From NCBI GenBank assembly GCA_965116885.1, contig OZ220741.1, positions 4,096,001 to 4,160,000 on the forward strand: a DNA stretch of 64,000 nucleotides, read 5' to 3'. Below the pieces are notes generated by a model. It was not told where the DNA came from and made no database searches. It worked only from the letters and a program-made list of their open reading frames with translations. Position numbers and translations under genes: made by a program. Below, piece after piece: positions 8,676 to 17,803 of this stretch (the stretch's first letter is position 1; each line of letters opens with the position of its first letter). This DNA comes from Candidatus Latescibacterota bacterium. GTDB lineage: Bacteria > Latescibacterota > UBA2968.

Positions 8676-10946
8676 ATGCGGTGGTTTATTCTCGTCGTAT
8701 TTACTATTGCTTTTGCAGGTCAAAGTGGGGCGCAAGAAGGTGCGATTAATCGGGACAGTCTCGCGGTTTTGCTGGCCGAAGTACCGGTTGATATGCTGGC
8801 CGCCAAAATGGGTGACTCTCTATTTTCACCTCCAGAGGGTAAGGCGCGTATTTTGCGCGATGCCTATGGCGTACCCCACATTTATGGGCGCACAGATGAG
8901 GATGTCGCGTTTGGTTTTGGTTATGCACAGGCAGAAGATCATCTTCTGCAGATGTTGAAGAATTTTCGCCAGGCCAGCGGGCGTTTGGCCGAGATCGAAG
9001 GCGTTTCGGCCTTAAAATTGGATGAAATGGCTTTGCGATGGCGCATTCACAGTATTGCGGGTGAACGGTACGGGGATATTTCTGAGAAGACGCGGCAATA
9101 TATCGCAGCTTTTGTTGGGGGTATCAACCACTATATTGAAATTCATCGACAGGTATTGCCGCAGTGGGTGCAGGATGTGCGGGCGGTAGATGTAGTGGCT
9201 CTTGCACGGTGGATTTTGTTCTTGTTTGCGGAGCAGACCGGTGAATCCGAATTGGCCCAGGTGGGATTGATGACAACGGTTCCCAAATTGCCGGGATCCA
9301 ATTTGTGGGTTGTGGGGGCGTCTCGGTCTGGCAGTGGCGCGCCCGTGCTGGCGATGGATGTACAGTTGCCGTACACAACGCCCTTTCAGCTTTGCGAGGC
9401 GCATCTGGTTAGTAATGCGGGTTTAGATGTGATGGGGGCGACGTTTTTTGGATTGCCAATTATTTTTGTCGGTCACAATAATCACGTTGCCTGGTCAATA
9501 ACCACCAATGATATAGATGTCTTTGATTTGTACGAGGAGCGTCTGGATCCGATCAATCCCAGACGCTATTTTTATGGGGATGAGAAAAGGCGCGTGGTGT
9601 CGCGGCATGTGAAAATTGGCATACACAGCGAGCAGGGGATTCGGGAGGTTGAGCGCGAGTTGCGCTATACCGATCACGGTCCTGTGTACAAGACGATTGG
9701 CAACTGGGCTTATGCGGCGCGTACGAGTATAGAAAACCGCGTAGATGCAATAGGGCAATTGCTGGGGATGAATCGCGCGGTGACACTGAACGATTTTCAG
9801 CAGGCGCTTTCGCATTTGGAGTTGCCGGTTTTCAATGTGATATACGGCGATGTGACAGGCGAGATTTTTTATGTGTTTAATGGCTGCTGTCCCGTGCGAT
9901 CAGAAAAATTCGATTGGCACGCGCCCGTGCCGGGGTGGACGCCTGAAACAGAGTGGAGAGGTGTGATCGCATTTTCCGAACTGCCACAAGTGCATAATCC
10001 CGCTTCTGGCTCTTTGCAGAATTGCAATGTCTCGCCAGATGTGGTTGCGATTGATAGTGGTCTTAAAATGGACGATTTCCCACCATTTTTGGGGTGGGGA
10101 ACGCCCAATTATCGCGCGCAGCGGATTGTGAACTATTTGCTCACGCATCAAAATATTGTAGTTGGCGATATGCAGGTTTTGCTTAGAGATGATTATCTCG
10201 TTGACGCAGAAGAATATAAAGGGCTGATTTACCGCGCTTATAACCGCGCCTGGCCCGTGTTATTCGATCCCAACTGGGAGGTTGGCAAAGCTGTTCAAAT
10301 TCTCAGGGCCTGGGATAATCGGGCGAGTTTAGAGAGCGTTGGCACGCTTTTATTTTCGATTTGGAAGACCCGATTCGATTCGTCGTTCGCACAGGTTCCG
10401 CAAAAGCGAGATATTTTGGTTCGGGAAAAGGTTGCACTGGAGGCGTTGCAACAGGCGGTCGCATATATGACTGCGACTTATGGACGACTGGATGTGCCCT
10501 GGGGACAGGTACATTATTTGAAGCGGGGAGATCGCACTTTCCCGATGAGCGGTGCACCTTCTGGCACGGAGGCTTTGCGTCAGACGCTGACCCGAATAGA
10601 AGCAGATGGCACAATGGTTATCGAAGGTGGATCAGCTTTTGAGATGGTGGTTTCGCTGGTGCAGCCGGTGCAGTCGTGGAGCGCGCTGGCTTATGGGAAT
10701 AGCGAAGATCCCGAGTCCCCCCATTATGACGATCAGGCTGATTTACAACATCGCAATACATTTAAGAAGACGGTTTTTACAACTGGTGATTTGCAACCTG
10801 TTCTGACGGATCTCACGACGGTTCCTTACGATCCCGAAGAAGCCGAACGTCAATCGCTTAAGGCTCTCTGGCGCAAGCAGTTGCAAACCGGTATGGTCAT
10901 ACCTGATTCTACGAATACTGAGTCAAAAACCTTACCAGACGATTAA
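8676..10946 (+). CDS. Penicillin acylase family Ntn-hydrolase
   Basis: Signal peptide, RDAYGVPHIYG, GYAQAED, beta-chain start GSNLW, SPHYDDQA. Confidence 0.9.
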   Translation: MRWFILVVFTIAFAGQSGAQEGAINRDSLAVLLAEVPVDMLAAKMGDSLFSPPEGKARILRDAYGVPHIYGRTDEDVAFGFGYAQAEDHLLQMLKNFRQASGRLAEIEGVSALKLDEMALRWRIHSIAGERYGDISEKTRQYIAAFVGGINHYIEIHRQVLPQWVQDVRAVDVVALARWILFLFAEQTGESELAQVGLMTTVPKLPGSNLWVVGASRSGSGAPVLAMDVQLPYTTPFQLCEAHLVSNAGLDVMGATFFGLPIIFVGHNNHVAWSITTNDIDVFDLYEERLDPINPRRYFYGDEKRRVVSRHVKIGIHSEQGIREVERELRYTDHGPVYKTIGNWAYAARTSIENRVDAIGQLLGMNRAVTLNDFQQALSHLELPVFNVIYGDVTGEIFYVFNGCCPVRSEKFDWHAPVPGWTPETEWRGVIAFSELPQVHNPASGSLQNCNVSPDVVAIDSGLKMDDFPPFLGWGTPNYRAQRIVNYLLTHQNIVVGDMQVLLRDDYLVDAEEYKGLIYRAYNRAWPVLFDPNWEVGKAVQILRAWDNRASLESVGTLLFSIWKTRFDSSFAQVPQKRDILVREKVALEALQQAVAYMTATYGRLDVPWGQVHYLKRGDRTFPMSGAPSGTEALRQTLTRIEADGTMVIEGGSAFEMVVSLVQPVQSWSALAYGNSEDPESPHYDDQADLQHRNTFKKTVFTTGDLQPVLTDLTTVPYDPEEAERQSLKALWRKQLQTGMVIPDSTNTESKTLPDD

Positions 10947-10985
10947 AAATTTCCGTATTTTGAGATATTGTATCAGGAGGTCTTA

Positions 10986-13403
10986 ATGCGTTTTTATATA
11001 TTGGTTTTCGCGCTGATGGCAGTTGTAACTCCCATATATGCACAGGGTATGGTTCAACAGGTGGTGGGTGATCTCGTATATATAGAAGGGCTTTCTACTG
11101 ATCTGGATGATAAATTGCGGGTTGCAGGGGATGATGGTGCGGTTTTGCAGGTGATCAAGGTGTTGCCCAATGTGGCGGTTGCGCGCGTGGTGGAGGAGAA
11201 TGGTTCGCCGGTAAAATCCGGGGATCGGACTCAGGTGGATGATGGCACGCTTGCAGGATCGCCGCGCAGGGTGGTACATGCGATGCGGGTTGCTGCTGCA
11301 CCGCGCATTGACGGACGGTTGGACGACACAGTTTGGCGACAAGCACAGGCCGCGGAGGGATTTGTTCAGCGCGATCCGAAATACTGGATGCCGGTGACTG
11401 AGCGGACAGTTGTGAAAATTATTTATGATAATGAAAAAATTTATTTCGGTTTTGAATGTTACGATAAAAATCCCGGCCTCATTGTTACCAATAATATGCG
11501 CCGAGATTCTCAGCTTTCTGGCGATGACAATATCCAGTTGTTGCTCGATCCGTTTAATGACAAACAGAATGGAGTTTTCTTTATTATCAATGCGCTCGGC
11601 GCGCGGGCAGATATGCTTTTGTCAAATGAAGGGCGAACGACGAATGAAGATTGGGATTGTATCTGGGAGGCGCGGTGTGTGCGCCACGAGAAGGGCTGGA
11701 CTGCCGAAATAGCGATACCGTTTGATCAACTCCGTTTCAACCCGTCTGATGAGATGGAATGGGGGATTAACATGGGGCGTTATATCGGGCACAAGAATGA
11801 AGAGACCGCGTTTATTGTCGGGCGACATACGCCATCGCCCCGGCGGCGATATCAGATGACCGATATGGGTGTGTTGCGCGGATTAAAGGCTGTTGAGAGA
11901 AAGCGGCTTTTTCAAGTCAAGCCGTATGTGTTGCCGGGGACTTCGCGCAATTTTGCAGGCGATGAGGGTGAGAATCGCACATTTGAAGCGGGTGCAGACG
12001 TGCGCTATGGCCTGACATCCAATCTCGCGCTGGATGTGTCTTATAATACGGATTTTGCCCAGGTCGAAGCCGATCAAGAGCAGGTGAATTTGACGCAGTT
12101 TTCCCAGTTTTTTCCCGAAAAGCGAGAATTTTTCCTGGAGGGGGCGCAATTGTTTGACTTTGGCGAGGCTGCGTCAACTCGAGGGGGAGATAGGCGCCCG
12201 CCAACGCTTCTTTTTTATAGCAGAAGAATCGGTCTGGATAGGGGGCAGCCCGTCCCGATTCTCGCAGGTGGCAAGTTGGCTGGCAAAGCCGGGCGCACCA
12301 GTATTGGCGCATTAAATGTTCTGACGGATTCTGAGATGTTGGATACGCGGACACTACCTCGCAGAAATTTTTCTGTGTTGAGGATGAAACGCGATGTGCT
12401 CGCGCGGTCCAATGTGGGATTTATCTGGGTAAATAAACAAAGCGAAGTGTCCGATGGTGGGTGGGGCGACTACAATCGCGCAGGAGGGCTGGATTTCAGT
12501 TTTTCGCCTTCAACCGCAGTCAATATACAGGCTTTTTATGCGCGTACGTGGGATAAGGAGCAAGAGGATGCAGATGATGCACGGTACCTTCGCTTTTCGT
12601 ATAACGGTACCAAATACTCGGGTTCGGCAACAGTTCTGGATGTGGAGGACAATTTTGAGCCGGAGGCGGGGTTTGTCAATCGCCGACGTGGGATTCGGGG
12701 ATTTCGGCGTTACAATGTCAATCTATCCTATTTGCCGCGTCCCAGAGTAGCCAATATCCGCAATTTGAGGTTCACGCCTGATATTCAGGTGATTGAAGAC
12801 GACGCAGGCGAGGTGCCGTTCCAGCGGTTCAGATTTGATGGTGTGCTCGCACTTCAGACGGCTGACCGCTTTTTGGTGCGTGTGGAGAGGACCCGCGATG
12901 TCGTTGCGCGGACTTTTAGACCGTCGCGCAAGCGACCCGATGTCGCCATTCCACCGGACGAATATACTTTTACATCGTTCAGGCTGGGACCGGATACGGC
13001 AAATTATCGCAAATTGCAGTTGGATTTTGATTTTCTGGTGGGGACCTATTATACGGGACACCTGTATCGGGTAACCGCAGAAAATGCCTATCGTCCCAAT
13101 GGCAGATTGGGTATTGAGCTGATTTACGATGGCAATTGGATTCGCTTGCCACAGGCCAATCTCAATATTCAGGCGTTGAGCACGCGGTTGATTTATTCGT
13201 TTACAACCGATTTCTTTTTTAAAATTTTCGCACAGTGGAATAGTGACAGCGAATCCGTGGGCGCAAACTTTTTGCTCAATTACCGTTTCCGCCCGGGCAG
13301 CGATATTTTCTTTGTGTATGATCACGGGTTTGGAACCGATGGCGATCTTCACCAGACCGGCCGCGCCGTGCTGCTCAAGGTGTCGTATTTGATTGGGTTG
13401 TGA
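10986..13403 (+). CDS. CBM9-like plus DUF5916 outer-membrane protein
   Basis: PRIDGRLDD..W, WTAEIAIPF, NTDFAQVEAD, FFPEKREFFLEG, LFYSRRIG; beta-barrel-like C-terminus; ATG 10986 after AGGAGG. Confidence 0.8.
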   Translation: MRFYILVFALMAVVTPIYAQGMVQQVVGDLVYIEGLSTDLDDKLRVAGDDGAVLQVIKVLPNVAVARVVEENGSPVKSGDRTQVDDGTLAGSPRRVVHAMRVAAAPRIDGRLDDTVWRQAQAAEGFVQRDPKYWMPVTERTVVKIIYDNEKIYFGFECYDKNPGLIVTNNMRRDSQLSGDDNIQLLLDPFNDKQNGVFFIINALGARADMLLSNEGRTTNEDWDCIWEARCVRHEKGWTAEIAIPFDQLRFNPSDEMEWGINMGRYIGHKNEETAFIVGRHTPSPRRRYQMTDMGVLRGLKAVERKRLFQVKPYVLPGTSRNFAGDEGENRTFEAGADVRYGLTSNLALDVSYNTDFAQVEADQEQVNLTQFSQFFPEKREFFLEGAQLFDFGEAASTRGGDRRPPTLLFYSRRIGLDRGQPVPILAGGKLAGKAGRTSIGALNVLTDSEMLDTRTLPRRNFSVLRMKRDVLARSNVGFIWVNKQSEVSDGGWGDYNRAGGLDFSFSPSTAVNIQAFYARTWDKEQEDADDARYLRFSYNGTKYSGSATVLDVEDNFEPEAGFVNRRRGIRGFRRYNVNLSYLPRPRVANIRNLRFTPDIQVIEDDAGEVPFQRFRFDGVLALQTADRFLVRVERTRDVVARTFRPSRKRPDVAIPPDEYTFTSFRLGPDTANYRKLQLDFDFLVGTYYTGHLYRVTAENAYRPNGRLGIELIYDGNWIRLPQANLNIQALSTRLIYSFTTDFFFKIFAQWNSDSESVGANFLLNYRFRPGSDIFFVYDHGFGTDGDLHQTGRAVLLKVSYLIGL

Positions 13404-13436
13404 GATAAGAATAAAATAAAAAAGAAAGGTGCAGCA

Positions 13437-14429
13437 ATGTACAACTTATTATGCGTTCTGATTCTATCAATGGTAATAGGACCTCCCGATTCGGTAAAGG
13501 CAGTTGATGATTCGAAAACGTTGGATCGCGTGAGAATCGGTGACAAGTGGGGATTTGCCGACTCGACAGGCAAGATGGTTATCGATCCGATTTTTGACCT
13601 TACCTGGGGGTTTTCAGAGGGATCAGAGGGATTGGCTGCTGTGAAAGTTAGGGACAAGTGGGGATATATCAACCCTGAAAGTGAGATCGTTATCAATCTG
13701 CAATTTGACTATGCCTGGTCTTTTTCGGAAGGGTTGGCTGCTGTAAAAATTGAGGATAAGTATGGGTATATTGACAAGTCAGGCAAGATGGTAATCAAGC
13801 CACAATTTGACCTGGCCGGATTTTTTTGCGAGGGCTTGGCTACTGTAGAAATTGGTCATAAGAGAGGATATATCAATCGGAAAGGCAAAATCGTTATCAA
13901 GCCGCAATTTGACCGGACCAGAGCTTTTAAAGAGGGATTGGCTGCGGTCTTAATTGGTCGCAAGTGGGGATATATCGATCGGACAGGTGAGATGGCGATA
14001 AAGCCACAGTTTGACTATGCCCAGTCTTTTTCAAAAGGGTTGGCTATGGTGCAAAACGAGGGGGCTTGGAGATATATCGACAAAAACGGACAGTATATCA
14101 AGAATGCAGATGGCAGTGGCATGAATACGATTGACGGTTTGCCACCACCGCCATCGGGTGTAATTGAGCAAGGACCAGAACTCGTGCATTCCGTGTCACC
14201 AGTCTATCCCAAAGATGCCTGGAAAGCCAGGCTGGCAGGAAAAGTGACTTTGAGATTTTTGGTTGAGACGGATGGTCGGGTGAGCAATGTGACGGTGCTT
14301 AGAGGTCGAGAAGTTTTCCGGCAGGCAGCGATTGATGCTCTTATGCTATTCCGGTTCAAGCCCGCACAAATAGACGGTGAACCGATTTCCGTCTGGATGA
14401 CGCAGGCGATTTCATTCAATTTGAAATGA
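13437..14429 (+). CDS. WG-repeat protein fused to a TonB C-terminal domain
   Basis: About 5.5 KWGYID..G..VI.PQFD....F.EG repeats, PPPP linker, YP..A......G.V...F.V..DG.V and FKPA TonB_C motifs. Confidence 0.85.
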   Translation: MYNLLCVLILSMVIGPPDSVKAVDDSKTLDRVRIGDKWGFADSTGKMVIDPIFDLTWGFSEGSEGLAAVKVRDKWGYINPESEIVINLQFDYAWSFSEGLAAVKIEDKYGYIDKSGKMVIKPQFDLAGFFCEGLATVEIGHKRGYINRKGKIVIKPQFDRTRAFKEGLAAVLIGRKWGYIDRTGEMAIKPQFDYAQSFSKGLAMVQNEGAWRYIDKNGQYIKNADGSGMNTIDGLPPPPSGVIEQGPELVHSVSPVYPKDAWKARLAGKVTLRFLVETDGRVSNVTVLRGREVFRQAAIDALMLFRFKPAQIDGEPISVWMTQAISFNLK

Positions 14430-14585
14430 GGTAACAACTTCAAAGGCGTCGCTATCGCCTCCCCAGGCCATATCGTAAGAGATGATGTAGGTTTGCATTT
14501 AACCTTTGATGTAGGTCAGAAAACTGAGGATAATAACCGCGTGCAAATCAAGCGCGATTGCGATAAATATTTGAAATCAGAATAG

Positions 14586-14616
14586 AAAAAGCACCCGAGT
14601 TTGGGTGCTTTTTTTT
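14586..14616. terminator. Bidirectional intrinsic terminator
   Basis: AAAAA-GCACCC...GGGTGC-TTTTTTTT between convergent genes. Confidence 0.85.
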
Positions 14617-14643
14617 GGGCGGGCACAGGGGCACCGCCCCTAC
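14617..14643 (-). repeat. GTAG-type REP palindrome
   Basis: Minus strand reads GTAGGGGCGGTGCCCCTGTGCCCGCCC. Confidence 0.75.
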
Positions 14644-14674
14644 ATTACTGGCTTATGCCATTATCCTGTCTCTC

Positions 14675-14710
14675 ATCCGCGCAATCCGCGTAATCCATAC
14701 AATCCGCGAT
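14675..14710. repeat. 9-bp tandem repeat x4 (ATCCGCGNA-like)
   Basis: atccgcgca atccgcgta atccataca atccgcgat. Confidence 0.8.
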
Positions 14711-14717
14711 CATTTTC

Positions 14718-16418
14718 TCACAGCGCGAGTGCCACGCCTATCCCGACGATGGGTATGAGCAGGTATTTGAGAATCCCCCTGCGTTTGCCCTGTATGTTGC
14801 CGAGGATAGATGTCTCCAATTTGTTGGTGCCTGTTTTGTAATGCAGGCATTCCATACCTGGGGTCGCGGCGATGGCAGTAACGCCGGGCCAGACGGGTTT
14901 GATGCCGCTTGCAGGATAGAGAATGATATTTTCGCGGTGGCGTTTGTAATCGCCCATTTTGACCAGAAGTGCGTATTCTCGACCAAAAGTAATTTGATCG
15001 GGTTGAACAATCGGGCCGAGTTCGTCCCCGACGACGGTTTGCAAGCGAACCGTATCCGACGCGGTTTTGGCGGTGGGCAACCACAAGCTAACACGCGGTG
15101 AGATGGGTAGAAAGGTGGGGGCATCGGAAACTCGGAATGAAATGGGAATGGCCATGTTTTGCGTGTCTTTGAGCATATAATGGCCTTTGGGAAGAGTTAT
15201 GGAAAACTCTTGCAGACGATTGGCAATATTGTCGTTCAGGATGTGTTCGGCAAGGGCGACGAGGCTGTCGTGCATGGCCTGTTCGTGCGAGGAAGTGGCC
15301 GGGGGCACGGGTGCTTCTCGCGTGAAGCGCACCTGTTCAAAGCGCAAGGTTTTGGGGGACAGGTTGCGAATGGCGAGATAGGCCGCATTTACGTTGATAT
15401 CTAATCGACCGAGGCGGGTGTGCCATTGTTCGGCAAAACGCGTGAGATCGCCCAGACGGGACTCGCTTTCCCCTGGCAGGGGATTGGGTTCTTGTTCTAT
15501 GGGAAAGGGAGAACGCTCACGGGCTTCTTCAAAGAGTACGTTCGCTTCTGAGAAGCGGCGGTATTTGCCCAGTACAATGCCGCGATACACGTCAATTTGC
15601 GACAGCGCACGGAGCAGGCTGCGTTCGCTTTTTCCCATAAGACGCATCGTGCGTTCTAAGTCGCGCGTCTGGTGGCTATAGTATTTCAGATCTTCGATAA
15701 AAGGCGTCAAGCGCGGATCGCTGAGGCGGATAGACGCATTGGTTTCAACCGCGGGTGCTGTTTCGCCAATGGCCAGGGCAGCAGCGAGGAGTTGCGCGCT
15801 TTCGGCGAGGTATTGGTCTGCGATATCCACGAGACCGGGTATGGACAATTCCGTGAGCGGCAGCGGATTGCGGGTAAGCCTAATTTCTATGAGTTTGCCG
15901 CGCGGGGGCAAAAAGAGATCTTGTTCGATGAGGTTAAAGCCGGGTTTGCTGATTTCGAGGCGGTATTTGCCCACAAAGAGGTCCGACTGATATGCCACAT
16001 TGCCGCGTCCGATGTTGATAAACCCGGTGATGGTCGTGTCTTGATCTGCAAATCGAAGATGGATTTCTGCACCTAAGGCTGCGAGTTGATCTGACCAGAT
16101 CTCCAGATGCGCTTTCTGGCGTATGAGCGCAATATGCACCGTATCTGCCAAAACAGTTGTCGTAAATGTGCGCGTGTAGGGCTGGTAGCCGTGTGCATAC
16201 GCTTGAATTTTATCGCCAATGTCCAGTAGCTTTTCTGTGACAAATGGCGTATAACCCGCTTCCTGCCCATTGATGAAGACCTGAGCACCTGTGGGCTCTG
16301 AGCGAATGTGGATTTTCGTCTTGAGAAGCGTCCTTGGCGCAGGCGCTGTTTCTTGAGCCTGGATGTGGAGCGGTGTGGTCAGCAGGATGCAAAATAAAAT
16401 GAATTTCAGGGTGTTCAT
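14718..16418 (-). CDS. PEGA-domain protein with signal peptide, helical middle and C-terminal TM anchor
   Basis: IRSEPTGAQVFING...GYTP and GKYRLEISKPGF PEGA motifs; start at ATG 16418 (ATGA overlap with the upstream stop); C-terminal ILKYLLIPIVGIGVALAL. Confidence 0.7.
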   Translation of the reverse strand: MNTLKFILFCILLTTPLHIQAQETAPAPRTLLKTKIHIRSEPTGAQVFINGQEAGYTPFVTEKLLDIGDKIQAYAHGYQPYTRTFTTTVLADTVHIALIRQKAHLEIWSDQLAALGAEIHLRFADQDTTITGFINIGRGNVAYQSDLFVGKYRLEISKPGFNLIEQDLFLPPRGKLIEIRLTRNPLPLTELSIPGLVDIADQYLAESAQLLAAALAIGETAPAVETNASIRLSDPRLTPFIEDLKYYSHQTRDLERTMRLMGKSERSLLRALSQIDVYRGIVLGKYRRFSEANVLFEEARERSPFPIEQEPNPLPGESESRLGDLTRFAEQWHTRLGRLDINVNAAYLAIRNLSPKTLRFEQVRFTREAPVPPATSSHEQAMHDSLVALAEHILNDNIANRLQEFSITLPKGHYMLKDTQNMAIPISFRVSDAPTFLPISPRVSLWLPTAKTASDTVRLQTVVGDELGPIVQPDQITFGREYALLVKMGDYKRHRENIILYPASGIKPVWPGVTAIAATPGMECLHYKTGTNKLETSILGNIQGKRRGILKYLLIPIVGIGVALAL

Positions 16419-17803
16419 GGGGAGGTGTCCTGTTTTTTGCTGAGCAGCGCGCTGCTGTGCTTTTCTTCGAGTTGACGCGCTTGTACATAGTTGCCCTGAC
16501 TTTTGGCAATCCGATGAAATTCTTCCCAGTAGCGTTCTGGCGCGATGCGATAGGCCATTTCCGCGGCCTGGTATGCTCTGTCTCCCATATTTTGCAGATC
16601 GGAGTTGAAATAGGCAATCGCCAGGGTGATCAGGGCTTCGCCGCGGTCTTGCCAGCCAAAGGAGGTTACAGGATAAATGGTTGAAATAGCCTCGCGATAC
16701 GCGCCTTCTTTGAGTTTTACGCTCGCCAAACTGAGCGAAAGCCCGCCATAGGTATCGCACACTCTCGGTTCGTATTGGTTGTGCGCGTATGCGTATTTGG
16801 CATATTCAACGGCTTTGGGCAAGTCGTCCCGGTAAGCGGTGAAGGCCATGTCGAGATAGAGGGCGGCGCGAGAGGTGTCGGATCTCGCATAGACCAGAGC
16901 GCGTTGCATGGCGTGGATTGCGCGGTTGGCTTCTTCTTCCTTGCTGTGGCGCAATCCCTTGAGGCGGTAGATGGCACAGCGCATGTTATAGCCGCCGTCA
17001 AAGCGTGCGGCAGCGAGCACTTGATTGAACCAGTCGGGGTTGTCGCCCAAAACGCCGCGGGAAGATGCTGCGGCAATTTTGGGGATATAAAAATCGGGTT
17101 CTATGCCTTCAAAATTCGCCTGCCCGGCGGTCTCGATCAGGTTCAAACTGTTTTCGATATAGACGCTTAAATAAGCCTGGAGGGTATCGCTCATGCTGCT
17201 GCGTTGCGGCGCGGCATAGACAATTTCCTTTTGCGTTCTGCCAAGAATCGCCATCCAAATGTCTCGCAGACCACCCTCAGCGAGATGCCATATCCGGTGC
17301 AGGGAGTCAATTGTTGCGGGTTGAAAGCGCGTGGGTATCCAGGTGCTATCTCGCAATGCTGGCGGGGGCAAATCCAGCGGTAGGGGTTGGCGATTGTTTT
17401 CGCGGTCGAGCACGAAGTTGGCACGCGCCATCGCGTATTTGACGGTGAGCCGTCCCAATTCGTAGCGAACATCGGGGTCTTGCTCGCGGTCGAGTGCCGT
17501 GCGGTAGGCGTCGGCACTTTTTCTGAGCAGGTCCAATCGGTTGGGCGCGTCCTGCCCCGTGTCGTAGGCACGCTCGCCTGCCGTGCCCAGCCAGATATAA
17601 TAGGCACTGGTAAAGATGAGGGCCTGGTTGCACGCGCGCTCAAAATGTGCGACGGCTTCGAGATATCGGCCACTCTCATAAGCACTGCGGCCCTGCTCAA
17701 AAGACTGATAGGCGAGGGCGTCGTCCTTTTCCTGGGCAAGGGCAAGGGATGGTAAAACGAAAAAAGCGAGGATAAGAATTATTTTTTTCATTAGCGATCT
17801 CAC
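16415..17803 (-). CDS. Secreted TPR-like helical repeat protein
   Basis: Signal peptide MKKIILIL..ALA; TPR-like segments (G..AY..GRY.EA..HFERA; A...LAIAYF); GTGA overlap with the upstream gene. Confidence 0.65.
   Translation of the reverse strand: MRSLMKKIILILAFFVLPSLALAQEKDDALAYQSFEQGRSAYESGRYLEAVAHFERACNQALIFTSAYYIWLGTAGERAYDTGQDAPNRLDLLRKSADAYRTALDREQDPDVRYELGRLTVKYAMARANFVLDRENNRQPLPLDLPPPALRDSTWIPTRFQPATIDSLHRIWHLAEGGLRDIWMAILGRTQKEIVYAAPQRSSMSDTLQAYLSVYIENSLNLIETAGQANFEGIEPDFYIPKIAAASSRGVLGDNPDWFNQVLAAARFDGGYNMRCAIYRLKGLRHSKEEEANRAIHAMQRALVYARSDTSRAALYLDMAFTAYRDDLPKAVEYAKYAYAHNQYEPRVCDTYGGLSLSLASVKLKEGAYREAISTIYPVTSFGWQDRGEALITLAIAYFNSDLQNMGDRAYQAAEMAYRIAPERYWEEFHRIAKSQGNYVQARQLEEKHSSALLSKKQDTSP

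Noticed and set aside
14430..14585. 51 open codons in frame after the TGA of the WG-TonB gene (readthrough or selenocysteine)
   Set aside because: TonB_C is already complete at the stop, there is no SECIS-like hairpin, and an open stretch this long can occur by chance.
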